Of a DNA stretch of 64,000 bases, positions 42,892 through 56,935 are shown in pieces. Source of the stretch: the human T2T-CHM13v2.0 reference genome, Homo sapiens; NCBI RefSeq assembly GCF_009914755.1, contig NC_060939.1; one strand, written 5' to 3'. The translations under genes and the position numbers were made by a program. Within the stretch, counting starts at the first letter, position 1, and every line of letters starts with the position of its first letter. The notes beneath the pieces were generated by a model that saw only the letters and a list, made by a program, of their open reading frames with translations, was not told where the DNA came from and did no database searches.

Positions 42892-45365
42892 CAGTTCACC
42901 CTTGAACAACATGGGTTTGAGCTGTATGAGTCCACTTACACAAAAAATGTTGTCAATAAATATATTGGAAAAATTTTTAGAGATTTGCAACAATTTGAAA
43001 AAACTCATAAACTGCGTAGCCTAGAAATATTGAAAGAAGGAAAAAGGTATGTCATGAATTCAAAAATATATGTAGCTACTAGGATATTTTATCATCACTA
43101 TCATGAAATGTACATAAAATAAATGAAATCCATTATAAAAAGTTAAAATTTATCAAAACTCACACATACATTTATAAACTGTACATGGCACTAGTCTCAG
43201 TCTAGAGAAATATAAATAAAAGATACAGTATTAAAGATGCAGTATTAAATCATAGCTATATAAAATTAACTATAGTACATACTATACTACTGTAATAATT
43301 TCATAGCTACCTCCTGTTGCTATTGCGGGGAGCTCAAGCGTTGCAAGTATCCACTTAAAATGCCCTTTGATGCTAATCAGTTCATCTCTCCAGTAAATTG
43401 TGTATCTCAGTAAAAAATAATCTCTCACAGTTCTTGAATATGTATTATTGTGTTTAGTGCAATAGAGTAAACTTTGAATAACACCATGGGACCCATACAA
43501 AGCACCACTAATGATGCTGGAAGTGTTCCCAAGAAGCAGAGAAAAGTTATGACATTACAAGAAAAAATTGAATCACTTGATATGTGTCATAGATTGATGT
43601 CTATAGCTGCAGTTGCCCACCATTTTAAGATCAATGAATCCAGCAGAAGGACCATTGTCAAAAAAGAAAAGGAAATTTGTGACATCATCACTGCAGTCAT
43701 GCCAGGAGGTTTGGAACTCTTGCACTTTTTACAAAATACCTTTCTATATCATACTGAAAATGCAGCTTTTATGTGGGTGCAGGGTTGCTGTAAGAAAGAC
43801 ACACCTATAGACTCATGCATGATTCAAGAAAAAGTGGTCATTATACAACAACTTAAAGTAAAAGGAAGGTGAAGGATCTAAAGCTGGAGAACTTAATGTC
43901 AACAAATGAAAGTTTGATAATTTTAGAAAGAAGTTTGACTTTCAAAAAGTCAGATAACAGGAGAAGCAGCTCCTGCCAACCAAGAGGCAGCAAGTGAGTT
44001 CCCGGATGCCATTAAGAAAAATCATTGGGAGGAAAGGATATCTGCCTGAAAAAATTTTCAGGGCAGACAAAAGTGCCCTATTCTGGAAAATAATGCCACA
44101 AGGGCCATTGATTAGTAAGGAAGAGAAGCAAACACCAGGATTTAAGCCAGAAAGGGATAGGCTAACTCGACTGTTTTGTGCAAATGTAGTCATGTTTATG
44201 ATCAGGACTGCCTTATTTATAAATTTGCTAACCCTCGAACTTTGAAGGAAAAAGATAAACACCAGCTGCCAGTCCTTTGGTTGTACAACAAGGATCCATG
44301 GACAAAATCCCCTTTTCTAGATTGGTTTCTTCAGTGCTTTGTCCCTGAAGTCAGGAAGTACTTTGCTACTAAGGGATTGCCTTTTAAAGTTCTTTGGATA
44401 TTGGACAATGCCTCTGGCCACCCAGAACTCCCTGGGTTCAACAGTGAAGGCGTTGAGGTGGTCTACTTGCCCCTGAACACAATGTCTCTAACTTAGCCTC
44501 TGGATCAGGGGGTCATAAGGACCCAAGGCTCATTACACATGGTTCATGGTACTCTTTGGACAGATTGTCAATGCCATGGAAGAGAACCCTGAGAGAGAGC
44601 GAGCATCGTGAAAGTTCGGAAGGATTATACCATTGAAGATGCCATCGTTGTTACAGAAAAAGCTGTGAAAGTCATCAAGCTCAAAACAGTAAATTCTCAC
44701 TAGAGAATACTGTGTCCAGATGTTGTGTGTAACTTCTCAGGATTTATGACAGAGCCAGTCAACGAAACCATGAAAAAGATGATGGGTGTGATGAAAAGGT
44801 TGGGGGTATAGGGTTTCAAGATACGGATCTAGGAGAAATTCAAAAGCTAATAGACAACACACCAGATGAATTAACAGAAGACTACTTGGTGGAGAAGAGT
44901 GCTTTCAGACAACTGCCAGATGATGAAGAGGAAGACGCAGAATAGGCAGTGCCAGAAAACAAATTGACATGAGAAAACCTGGCAGATGGGTTCCAGTTAT
45001 TCAAGACTGCTTTTGACTTCCTTTATGACATGAACCCTTCTATGATAAGGGCATTGAAACTAAAGCAAATGAAAGGATTGGTACCACATAGAAACATGGT
45101 TTAGAGAAATAAAAAACAAAAAAAGATACAAATTACTTCCAGTGTATTTTTGTAAAGTTATACCTGGGTGCCTGCCTTCCTCCCTCACCTTCCACCTCCT
45201 CTACCGACCAACCCCGCCTCATCTCCCCCTCCCCATCCTACCCAATGTGAAGATTATGAGGATGAAGACCTTTACAATGATCCACTCCCACTTAATGAGT
45301 AGTAAGTACATTTTCTCTTCCTTGTAATTTTCTTGATGTTTCCTTTTCTCTATCTTACTTATATA
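42892..45365 (+). mobile_element. Tigger2 (pogo/TcMar) DNA transposon, near full-length, decayed transposase, right end missing
   Basis: TA|cagttcacccttgaacaaca left TIR. ORF pieces KKQRKVMTLQEK (HTH), IFRADKSALFWK, ILDNASGHP and LPLNT..*PLDQGVI (DDD motifs). Confidence 0.92.
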
Positions 45366-45584
45366 AATAAAAGATTCTGGAGTTACAAATATAGTACCAT
45401 ATATGAAACTTATTCTCCACATGATTCATAGGCAAGCTATTACTCAAAAAATGGGTGAAGCCTAAAAGTTACAGAGGCCCACCAGATGCCATTAATAAGT
45501 TAATTTTATACAAACAAACTCTTTTAAAAACCACTGGTCCCTCACAGAAATTTGCTAGTTAACTGTGCCAAAGTACTAGAACCT

Positions 45585-46960
45585 GTAGCTTAATGCCTAT
45601 CATCAGTTTTGGAAAATTCTTTTACTATCTCTTCAAATGTTTCTTCTGCTTTCTTTCCTCTGGTCTCCTTCTATGACTCTAATTATAGATCTTTTCCTTT
45701 TTTACCACACACTCTATGTCTCCTTTCTTTATTTTCTATATTTTTATCTCTTCATGCTTCAGTTTAAATATTTTCTTTTGACCTACTTCCAGCTTACAAA
45801 TTTTTAATGCTGTGTATGATTTTGTGTTAAATCCATCCATTCAAGTCTCAATTTCATTTATGTTTTATCCACTTTAAAGTTTTTATTTGATTACTTACTA
45901 TACTTCCCAATTTCCTGCCGACATTCCCAGACATGTCTTTTAGTTATTTGAACATACTAATCATATATATTTTAAGTTTATATTTATTTAATAACCTTAT
46001 TATCTGGATTACTTGTATATTTGTGTCTGTGTTTTATTTTCTTGATTTTCCATTACATCTTGTCTGCTTATATGCCTAATTGCCTGACTGATTTTTTTTT
46101 CTTTTTTGAGACAGGGTCTCACTCTGTTGCTCAGGCTGGAGTGCAGTGGCACCATCTCGGCTCACTGCAACCTGCATCTCAGGCTCGGGATGTCCTCCCA
46201 CTTCAGCCTGCTGAGTAGCTGGGACTGCAGTGCATGCCACCATGCCTAGCTAATTTTTGTATTTTTTGTAGAGATGGTGTTTCAGCATATTGCCCAGGCT
46301 TGTATTGAACTCCTGGGCTCAAGTGATCTGCCCGCCTCAGCCTCCCAAAGTGCTGGGATTACAGGCATGAGCCACTGTGTCTGATCTGCCTGATTTTTTA
46401 TTTATTTATTTATTTTTTTACTGAGATCTTGACATTGAAGAAATATTTTAAAGCTCTGGATTATATTATCTTCCTCCAAGAAGATTACTTTTGCTTAAGC
46501 AGGTATCTAGGCTAGGAGTGCTAGCAATTACAAATCATCTTAATTCAAACAAGAATTGAAATGATTTGATACTGAGCTTCAGTCTTTGAGAGGAATGATT
46601 TATTTCTAATTTGCTTTACTCTTAGGATTCATTTCCTGAAATAATTTCCAGGGCCCCTCCTCTGATTTTTCCCCGAGTCCTGTGAATCTGTTGAAAGCTT
46701 ATTCAGCCTTTCAGCTATTACTTTTTAGACTGTCAATTACCTACAAAGGAAAAGCAGCTCTAAGTGCTGTGCTCACCTCTCTGCACTTTCTTGCTCTCTT
46801 GGATCTTGGGCCACAATTTCTTGGCACCTTAGTAGCTCTCTAATACCTTCAAACAAATTTAAAAGAATTTTTTTTAATTTTTCTAATTGTTTTAAATGGG
46901 AAAATACTTCTGAGACAACCTAGTCTACCAAAGCTGGAAGCAAAATTTCATTGAAAGGGA
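45585..46960 (-). mobile_element. Old L1M 5'/ORF1-region fragment, interrupted by an Alu
   Basis: atcagttttggaaaattct...tcttcaaatgtttcttctgct...gttaaatccatccatt. Confidence 0.55.
46092..46385 (-). mobile_element. AluJ/S
   Basis: Full dimer, antisense. Confidence 0.92.
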
Positions 46961-47549
46961 AAGATGAAACATGAGCTTTTGCTTTATGAAAGATCAAAGG
47001 GTACCAAATTTGCTGATGTTTTCTCTGATGCTATAGAGTTATTGATAGTATGCTTCCTTGCAGATTTCTTTGTAAATAATAAGCATCTTGATCTAGTCTT
47101 TTGAGGTAAATATAAAGTTTAACAGAGAGTAAGAAAGGGACTACTTTTCAAAAGAACTTTGTGCTATGGAGAGAGAATTTTGAAAGAAGCATTGGTAAAA
47201 CATTTCCATCATTTTAAGATTTTGTTGTTGCACGTATCAGGTTAACACTTACAAAGTCTCATCTGCAAGACAGTTACAAATTAGGAATTACAGTTTTTTC
47301 AACTGTTTAAATCTTTCTAGCAGAAAAAATTTTATTGAGTCTGGAAGCCATTTGTTAAAAATAAAAAAAGCAACATCTTCTAATTGTTTGCCCAATAGTA
47401 GCAGAAATGAACATTAGCTAACTAAATTTTCTCCTCCCTCCAAAAAACCCTTTGCATAATTGGTAGATGGGATTTTAAAAATAACAAGTGTAGTTTAATA
47501 AACAGAACCAACAATGAACTTCTTTAATTTAGATTTATATCTTTGTGAA

Positions 47550-48206
<657 letters not shown>

Positions 48207-51026
48207 TGAAGCATATTCAGTAACTTGCTCACATTAATAATTTGTTAATGACATAAAAAGTGATTTTGTGCCATTTTAATAAATGTATTTAAAAGTATTG
48301 TTACTTCATCATTTTTTCTTTTTTAGGTGTTAGAATTCCATGTATAAGTATTGTGGTGTATATATAATTTATAAGTAAACTTATGTATATTAGAAGTAAT
48401 ACTAAGAAATATTAGCTGGTGGGTATGTGATCAAAAAATTTTGGATGCTACTTCTCTAGAGAATATATCAGAGGCAGCATACACTAAAAAAGCAAACAAA
48501 CAACCAAAAAAACAACAGAGTTTATACTTCAAAGATAAAATATAGTCAAACTATTAAACAACAAACAAAACAAAACAAAACAAGACAGCTGAGTTAGCAT
48601 TCCCTCAAATTGCAGAGCCAGGCAGAAGTTGGCATTTCTGCTTCCAATTACTTCTCTTCTCTGTTTTCAGACAGGCACCATGGTTTCCACAAAGCTCTCC
48701 TAAAGCCAGAGACGTTTCCAACTGACCTGTAGTAATTAGGAGCACAAGCCTTGAGTCCTGGTGAAGTTATGTGATCTCCGGGAAGTTATAGAAATCGTGC
48801 ACACCTCAGTTGTCTCATCTGTAGGATGGACTAATAATAGTATTTTATTTATTTCTTTTTACCAACTGACATCTGAGCACCTCTCCCGTTTGTAGCTGTT
48901 GTCTCTCCATCTATTCTGGGACTCTCTGTGGAGCCAAAGGGTCCAGATATTCCCTACCCCTGGCAGTTGGAACACAAGTGGCTGTGGTGGAACTGAAGGC
49001 CCAGTGTTGGCAAGGCCAGTGAGGGTTCTAGCCAGAGCAGTTTCGTAGTATCACCTTTCCGGTCCTAGTTCTTTTTCCTTCTTGTCAATTCTGTGAGCCA
49101 ATCAATAGTCTTCAAATAAAACACCTTTCTGCCTACGTAAGCTGGAGTCACTTCTGATACTTGCATCCAAGGACTTTGAGAAGGGCATTATCTTACTCTG
49201 GTTTTGTTGTTGTTCATTCTGTTTTTAAAATTATGTACAAATGGTTCAAATACTTTTTTGGCATACAATGTTATGAATTTTAACATCTGTATGGATTAAA
49301 ACACCACTGCAATCAGGATACAGAACAGTTCCATACCTGGCAAAACTCCTTTCTGCTACCTTTATGTAGTCATGCCTGCCCACTTACACTCATGTGCACC
49401 ACCCAGTGGTCAGTCTGGGTAGTGGTCTATCATGAGTTCAGTTCTCAAAGTCTTTTTGGTAGGCCAATTGCGATCAGATCCGTACATGTACAACTAAAGG
49501 GTAAGCCCAGTAGTTAACAAACAACTTTATGGGTCACTTTCCAGAGCTCATACCTCTCTGCAATTTTCCAGTAATTTCAGGTTCTCAAGCTCTCCTCTTT
49601 GGGCCTGTGGCCAGCATGCAGAGGCTTTACTTACCCCGCTCTGCCATCCGTGGGACCAAGTGGTAGAAGGTTGGTGAGACAGAGAGAGAGAGAGAAAAGG
49701 CAACAGGGTTTGCTCCATCCTCTTGGGATCACAGCTTCATGGTTTGGGGAGGAAATCTCCCCTCTATCACAGTTTTGGCTCCTGTTGAATTGCAGCCTCT
49801 ACCACTGTTGCCATGGGATTGTGGGGTGCAAGCAAATGGAGAGAATGAAAAAGAGTGAGGGGACTTATACATCATCTTGGAGTTTTAGGAGTTCCTTTTT
49901 CTACTCCTGAGCCAGATCTAGAGGCTTGCTCTTGGACCTCTAGAGAGAGATCATTCCAGTGCCGGCTCCCCAGTTCAACAGTGCATTAAGTTTAGGCCAT
50001 GAGATACCAGAAAGGAAAAAATGATAAACTCCACCAGTTTGGTGAAACTTTGAATTCTGGTCTTCTTCCTCAATCAGTCTGCTACCAATTTCATTCCAGA
50101 GTCCTCAAATAGGCTCATACACTCTGTCCAGAATTCAGAGTTGTGTTTACTAAGAGACATTTTTGTTTTTTGCAAGGATCCAAGGTGATATTGCATGTAT
50201 TATAGCAGAATGCCTGATACAAATTGAAAGATCATTAAATATTAGATATTTTAACTCATTTATTCTGCTTAAGCTATTAACCAAAATTAATTATTAACAT
50301 CAAATTTATTTTAAACTATTTAAGACCAAGAGACTGACTTAAAAACAATTTAAACTAACTTTAATTTACATTTTAAACAATTTAAATGCCCAGGACCCAG
50401 TATGATATTATGTTCTTTTGAAAAGACTTTCTCTGAAACACTTTTTCTCCTCCCCTGCCCACATTTTAAACTTGATTTACAGGTCAGGTTTATTTACAGT
50501 TGTGATGTGCTATGATATTTGTGTCACAGGACAAAACGATTTGAAGATGACCCTATACCCCTATCATCTGTAGGTCAAAACTGAGAGGTGAGGAATAGAT
50601 GGGGCAGGGAAGCTCTGGTTCAAGGATGGTGTTTTTCTCCCTTCTGAGTCATCACTTGTGACCACAAGTCCATTAGTGTGGAGATTTTCAGGGGATTTTT
50701 TTGTTTGTTTGTTTGTTTGTAACTTAGGCCAGTGAAAAAAGAACAGGAATTAGAGTCTGAAGAATTCAGTTCATTGACACTAGGAGATGAACCAAACAAA
50801 TCTGCCCACCCACAACCTGAAAATAAAACGTACACACATAAAATAACAATGTAATACATAATGTAATTAGTAAATAAAGCTGTATTGGAACAGGGTCACA
50901 CTCATTTCTTTACATATTCTCTATAGTTACTTTCCTGCTATAACAGCAGAGTTTAGTAGTTGGAACATAAACCATTTTGCAAAACCTAAAATATTTACTG
51001 TATGGCTTTTTTACAGAAAAAGTTTG

Positions 51027-53192
51027 TGTAGAAAATCCAAAAGAATTGACAAAAATACTCCTGGAACTAATAAGTTATTATAACAAGTTTGGAGGATACA
51101 AGGTTAATATACAAAAGACAATTGCTTTCCTATATACTAGCAATGAACAAATGGAATCTGAAATTTAAAACATAATGCCATTTACATTAACACTCAGCTA
51201 TAAGTCTTAAAAGTATGTACAAGATCTATATGGGGAAAACGACAAAACTCTGATGAAAGAAATCAAAGAAGATCTAAATAAATGGAGAGATAATTCATGC
51301 TTATGAATGGGAAGACTCCATATTATCAAGATGTCAGGTCTTCGTAACTTGATTTACAGATTCAGTGCAATCCCAATCAAAATTCCATCAAGTCATTTGT
51401 GGATACTGGCAAACTGATTCTAAAGTTTATATGGAGCAGTGAAAGACCTAAAATAGCCAATACAATATTGAAGGAGAAGAACAGAGTTGGAGGAGTGACA
51501 CTCGAGAACTTCAAGACTTCCTAGAAAGTTACGGTAATCAAGACTGTGTGGTATTAATGAAAGAGTAAACAAATTAATGGAACAGAATGGAGAGCCCAGA
51601 AATCGATTCATGTAAATAGAGTCGACTGATTTTTGACAAAGGAGCAAAGGCAATAAAATGAAACAATGGACATCCATATGCAAACAAATGAATTTAGACT
51701 GAGACCCTTCATCAAAATTAACTAAAAATGGATCACAGACCTAAATGTAAAATGCTATATTATAAAAGTCCTAGAAGGTAACATAGGAGAATCAAGATGA
51801 CCTGGTTTGGTGATGACTTTTTTGATGCAATACCAAAGGCATGAATTATGAAAGGAAGAATTGATAAACTGGACTTTATTAAAAATTTTTAGAGAACTGC
51901 TCTGAAAAATATACTTCAAGAGAATGAAAAGACAAGCCACATACTGGGAGAAAATGTTTGCAAAAACATATCTGATAAAGGACTGTTGTCCAAAATTAAA
52001 AAAACAAAAAACAAACTTAAAACTCAACAATAAGAAAACAAACAACCCAATTAAAAAATGGGCCAGGCCAGGCACTGTGGCTCATGCCTGTAATCCCAGC
52101 ACTTTGGGAGGCTGAGGTGGGCAGATCCCTTGAGTCCAGGAGTTCAGGACCAGCCTGGGTGACATGGCGAAACCTCATCTCTACAAAAATTAGTCAGATG
52201 TGATGGCACATGCCTGTAGTCCCAACTACTCAGGAGACTGAAGTGGGAGGATCAGTTGAGTCCAAGAGGCAGAAGTTGCAGTGAGCTGAGATTGTGCCAC
52301 TGCACTCAAGCCTGGGTGACAGAGTGGGACCCCATCTGAAAACAAAGGGCCAAAGGTCTTAACAGATATCTCACCAAAGCAGATATACAGATGGCAAACA
52401 AGCATATGAAAAGATGCTCCACCTCATTTGTCATCAGGAAAATGCAAATTAAAATAACAATGAGATACCACTACATACATATTAGAATGGCCAAAATCCA
52501 GAGCACTGACAACAACAAGTGGTGGTGAGGTTGTGGAGCAATGGGAACTCTCATTTATTGCTGATGGAATGCAAGGCTGTACAGCCACTTTGGAAGACAG
52601 TTTGGTGGTTTCTTACAAAATTAAACATAAGCATACCCTTACCATATCATTCAGCAATCACACTCCTTGGTATTTACCTAAAGGAGGAGAAAACTTTTGT
52701 CCACACAAAAATCTGCACAAGGATGTTTATAGCAGCTCCATTCATACTTGCCAGAAGTTGGAAGCAACCAAGATGCCCCTCAGTAGGTGAATAGATAAAT
52801 TATGGTACATCTAGACAAGGGAATATTATTCAGAGCTAAAAAGAAGTGAATTATTAAGTCATAAAAAGACATGGAAGAAACTTAAATGCATATTACTAAG
52901 TGGAAGAAGCCAATCTGAAAAGGCTACATATTGTATGATTCCAACTATATGACATTCCACACCCACAGATGTAAACACCAAGAATGAGCCCCAATGTACA
53001 CTATGACCTTTGGATGGTAATAATGTGTCAATGTAGGTTCATCAATAGTCATAGATGTACCACTCTGCTGCTGGATGTTGATATTAGGGGAGGCTATACA
53101 TGTGTCGGGGAGGGGGATATATGACATAGCTCTGTGCTTTCCTCTCTATTTTGCTGTGAACCTAAAACTGCTCTTAAAAAAACAAGTATTAA
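51027..53192 (+). mobile_element. L1MC1/2-like 3' portion (ORF2 RT/C-terminus plus 3'UTR) with internal deletions
   Basis: VENPKELTKILLELISYYNKFGGYKVNIQKTIAFLYT and QPLWKTVW...QPRCPS; 3' end ttttgctgtgaacctaaaactgctct. Confidence 0.9.
52066..52342 (+). mobile_element. AluJ/early-S nested in the L1MC
   Basis: Dimer with eroded tail; TSD aaaaaatgggcca / aaacaaagggcca. Confidence 0.92.
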
Positions 53193-53659
53193 AAAAAGTT
53201 TGCCAACCCCTGTTTTGGAGCTAACTCTGATCATTTGGGCAAATAATTTTTTCTCTCTCTGGGTACGTCTGTTTCCACATTTATATAAAAAGAAAGAGCT
53301 GAACTAGATAATCTGTAAGGCCCCATCTGTGCCTCACATGCTGTCTCTCTCTGCCACTATTGTTAAAGGACAACACACTATTGGTTGATTTTAAATGTTT
53401 ACTTATGGAAAATTTCAAACCTATACAAATGCAGAGAGAATGGTATAACAAGCCCTCATGTACTCATCACCCAACTTCAACAAATACAAACTCATGGCCA
53501 ATCTGGTTTCATTCATACCCTCCTAACTCCCAGGCACTACCACCTACTACCACCCCACTAGATTTTTTAAAAGCAAAACCTAGACATTATCATGTCATTC
53601 ATAAATATAGTATACAGCTCTAAGAGATAAGGGTTCTTTTTTAAAACATATAAAACTAT

Positions 53660-54765
53660 TTAAAACATTTTTTGCTGAGATAAAATTCACCATTTTATCC
53701 ATTTTACAGTATATAATTAAATGGTTTTTAGTATATACACAACGTTGTCCTTCACTAGTAAAGCTGTCCTTCTCTATGGTGGGCATGGAAAATAGGAAAT
53801 TCCCTTCCATCACCCCAAAAAGAAAGCCCTTACACATTAGCAGCCACTTCCAAATCCTCACAACCCTTTAGACTACTTTCTGTCTCTATAGATTTGCTTA
53901 TTTCGAACATTTTATATAAATGGAATCATACAATGTGTGGCTTTTTTGGTCTGGCTTCTTTCACTTAGGATAATGTTTTCAAGACTCATCAATATCATAG
54001 AGGTATCAGTACTTCATTCCTTCTTCTGGCTGAATAATATTCCACTGTATAGGTAAACCCCATTTTGTTTTCCCATTCATCAGTTGATCAACATTTGGAT
54101 TATTTTCTCCACTTTTTGGCTATTATCATCAATGCTATTGTGAAAATTCACGTATCACTTCTTGTGACAGCATATGTTTTCTTTTCTCTTGGGTATATAC
54201 CTAGGAGTGGAATTACTGGATCATTGGTTATTCTACATTTAACTTTTTGAGGAATTGCTAGACCGTTTTCCAAAGTGGCTGCACCGTTTTTATCTTCCCA
54301 CCAGCAATGTGTGTGGTCCTGATTTCTCCACATCCTTGGTAACATGTTATTTGTCTTTTTTATTATACCCATTCTAGTGGGTGTGAAGTATCCCTTTGTT
54401 GTTTTGATTTGCATTTCCCTAATGACTAATGATGTTGAACATCTTTTCATGTCCTACTGGTTATTAATATAGATATTTTTTGGAAATTGTCTACTCAAGT
54501 CCTTTTCCCATTTTTAAATTGGGCTGTCTCTTTATTGTTGCATCTATGAGTTTTTAAGATATATTTTGGATACTCAACCCTATCAGATATATGATTTGAA
54601 AATATTTTCTCCTGTTCTGTGGATTTTCTTTTTACTTTCATGATAGTGTCCTTTGATGCACAGAAGTTTTAAATGTTGATAAAGTCCAATTTGTATGTTT
54701 TATTTGTTGCTGTGTTTTTGGTGTCATATTTAAGAAACTGTTTGCCTAATCCAAGATCACAATAT
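53660..54765 (-). mobile_element. L1MB 3' end, nested in an older L1M (~53390-55670)
   Basis: ORF 54148..54450(-) MKRCSTSLVIREMQIKTT...DPVIPLLGIYP is the L1 ORF2 C-terminus. Confidence 0.85.
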
Positions 54766-55265
54766 TATTATTGAAACTAAAGAAATGACAACAATTTCAT
54801 ATATCATCAAATTTGTAGTCAATGTTCAGATTGTTTTTTGGTCTCATAAATGTCATTTTACAATTGGTTTTTGTTTGTCGGTTTGATTGATTAGGGAATT
54901 TAAACAAGGATCACAAGTTTCATCTGATAAGTCTCTTAAGCATTTTTTGAATTAAACACTCCTCTTCTTATTGTCTTTTTTCATTGTCATTCATTTGTCT
55001 GTACAATTTCTCACATTCTGGATTTTGCTGATTGAATTTCCAAGATAGCATTTAGCATGTTTCTCTGTTTCTTGGAAAGCTTGATCAGATTCAGATTCCA
55101 TATTTTGGCAAGATGATTCCATAGGTAGTGCCATATAATTCCTACTGCTTTCTATCAGGAGGCACACACTGTCTGATTGTCTCTCATTTTGTGATGTTAA
55201 GATTGATTGGTGAGTTCAGATATTGTCAGCTTGACCTGCTCATTATACAGTCCCCCATCCTCTTT

Positions 55266-55574
55266 CATTTTACTTTATTTTTTTAGAGATGTGGTCTTGC
55301 TGTTTTACCCAGGCTGGAATGCAATGGTGTGATCATAGCTCACGGCAGCCTCGAGCTCCTGAGCTCAAGCAGTCCTCCCACTTCAGCCTCTCAAGTAGCA
55401 AAGACTATAGGTATATACCATCATGCTTGGCTAAATAAAAAAACAGTTTTTTTTTAAGAGATGGGATCTCACTATGTTTCCCAGGCTGGTCTCCAACTCC
55501 TGGCCTCAAGCTGCTTCTCCGGTTTCAGCCTCCAAAGCACCAGGATTACAGGCGTGAGCCACTGCACCTGACAT
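55266..55574 (-). mobile_element. AluJ
   Basis: Diverged dimer; TSD cccatcctcttt at 55254-55265 / 55575-55586. Confidence 0.9.
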
Positions 55575-56529
55575 CCCATCCTCTTTTAACTAATGGTTTT
55601 AGCAAGTCATTGATTATTATTGCCTGGATTTATTATTTTATTAGGGGTTGCAAAATGCAACTGATTAATTTGCCCAATGGCTATTGCCTATCGAATATTG
55701 AAACTTCCAAGTGTATTATTTGTTTTCAATAATGCCAGGCAAACTGCTGATACTTCTCTGTGTTCACCCTTCTCCGTATATTCTGATTTTTAAACTCTTT
55801 ACATTTTTCGAGCTAGGTTGGTGGTAAGATCATGTTGTTCATATTCCAAGGAATTGTCTTGACATTTCTTTGCATTATGGTTTCAATCACTCCACCGAGT
55901 AAAGGTTCTGGACATTGTTTACATTGACAGTCCTTGGCATAATCATAAAATATTAGAAGATGGTCTTTTAATTATCTTTTCTCTCCTTCTTTAGAATCCT
56001 CAATTTCTATACTTTCCCCATCTCTCCCCTCAATACACATATCTTTTATCTTTTAAAGACTTTTCTATAATCAGAATGAAACAGAAGAAGCTTTATACTA
56101 ATGTGTAAGAGACTTGCTGTCTTGCCTCTCTATGAGTTTGCATTTTAAAGGGTGAAAACATACATTTACTTAACCTAAAGAAATGAATCCTGAGTGATGA
56201 GATGCCAAGCTCCAGTGCTGGAGCCTTTTTTTTTTTAAGCCAGAATTTTCCCTGAAAAAGATCACGAATGCCATATCATTTTTACCATGAAAACACAGAG
56301 TCTAGCCTGCATGTGTGTCACTCTTGGCTGGGAACCTCTGTGCTCTCGGCTGTCCTTTCTCAAAAGCTTCTTGGTTTCTTCTGTGTCTCAAGAGCCAGTG
56401 TCAAATGGCTAAATGAGGAAAAAGATTGTTGATAGGACCATGGCATCTTAACATCCAGGTTTAGGTTATAGTTACTTGAGAATTTAGACTTTGCTCTCTC
56501 AATCAAACAACACTTTTAAAATAGCTTGT

Positions 56530-56935
56530 TGATTAGGATTAGCTTTGGCTGTAAGCAACAAAGAAACCTAAAATAACAATGGCTTAAGCAGGATGGATGT
56601 TTATTCCTCTCATGTTCCTGAGAAGTCGAGTTTGTCAGTCCAGGACAATCTGGGCACTGCAGAGGGTCAGAGACCTAGGCTACTTCCACTGTGTGGCTTC
56701 ACCATGCTGATTCCCTTCTCAAGGACCCCTTGGCCCAGACTGATGGCTAGAACATCACTCATTGTTATCTGAATTCCAACTAACAGAAAGGAAGAATGGA
56801 AAAACAAAGAGCATGCCTGTGCCTTTCAGGGAAGCGCTCATAAGTTGCACGTGCCGCTTTCTCTCTGCATTAGCAGAATTAGCCATATGACCACACCTAG
56901 CTGCAAAGGTGATACGAAATATCTTTATTCTGAGC
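56530..56935 (-). mobile_element. Old MLT1 (J/K/L-like) LTR
   Basis: ttaggattagctttggctgtaagcaaca...aacaatggcttaa...ccacacctagctgcaaagg. Confidence 0.65.

Larger units (their letters stand above)
50870..53212 (+). mobile_element. MER58A split by an L1 (segments 50870-51026 and 53193-53212)
   Basis: gtaaataaagctgtattggaaca...ttacagaaaaagtttg | L1 | aaaaagtttgccaacccctg (right TIR). Confidence 0.85.

Noticed and set aside
43474-44496. Possible domesticated TIGD/CENPB-like gene
   Set aside because: Multiple frameshifts and an in-frame stop before the third Asp; embedded in Tigger2 with its left TIR.
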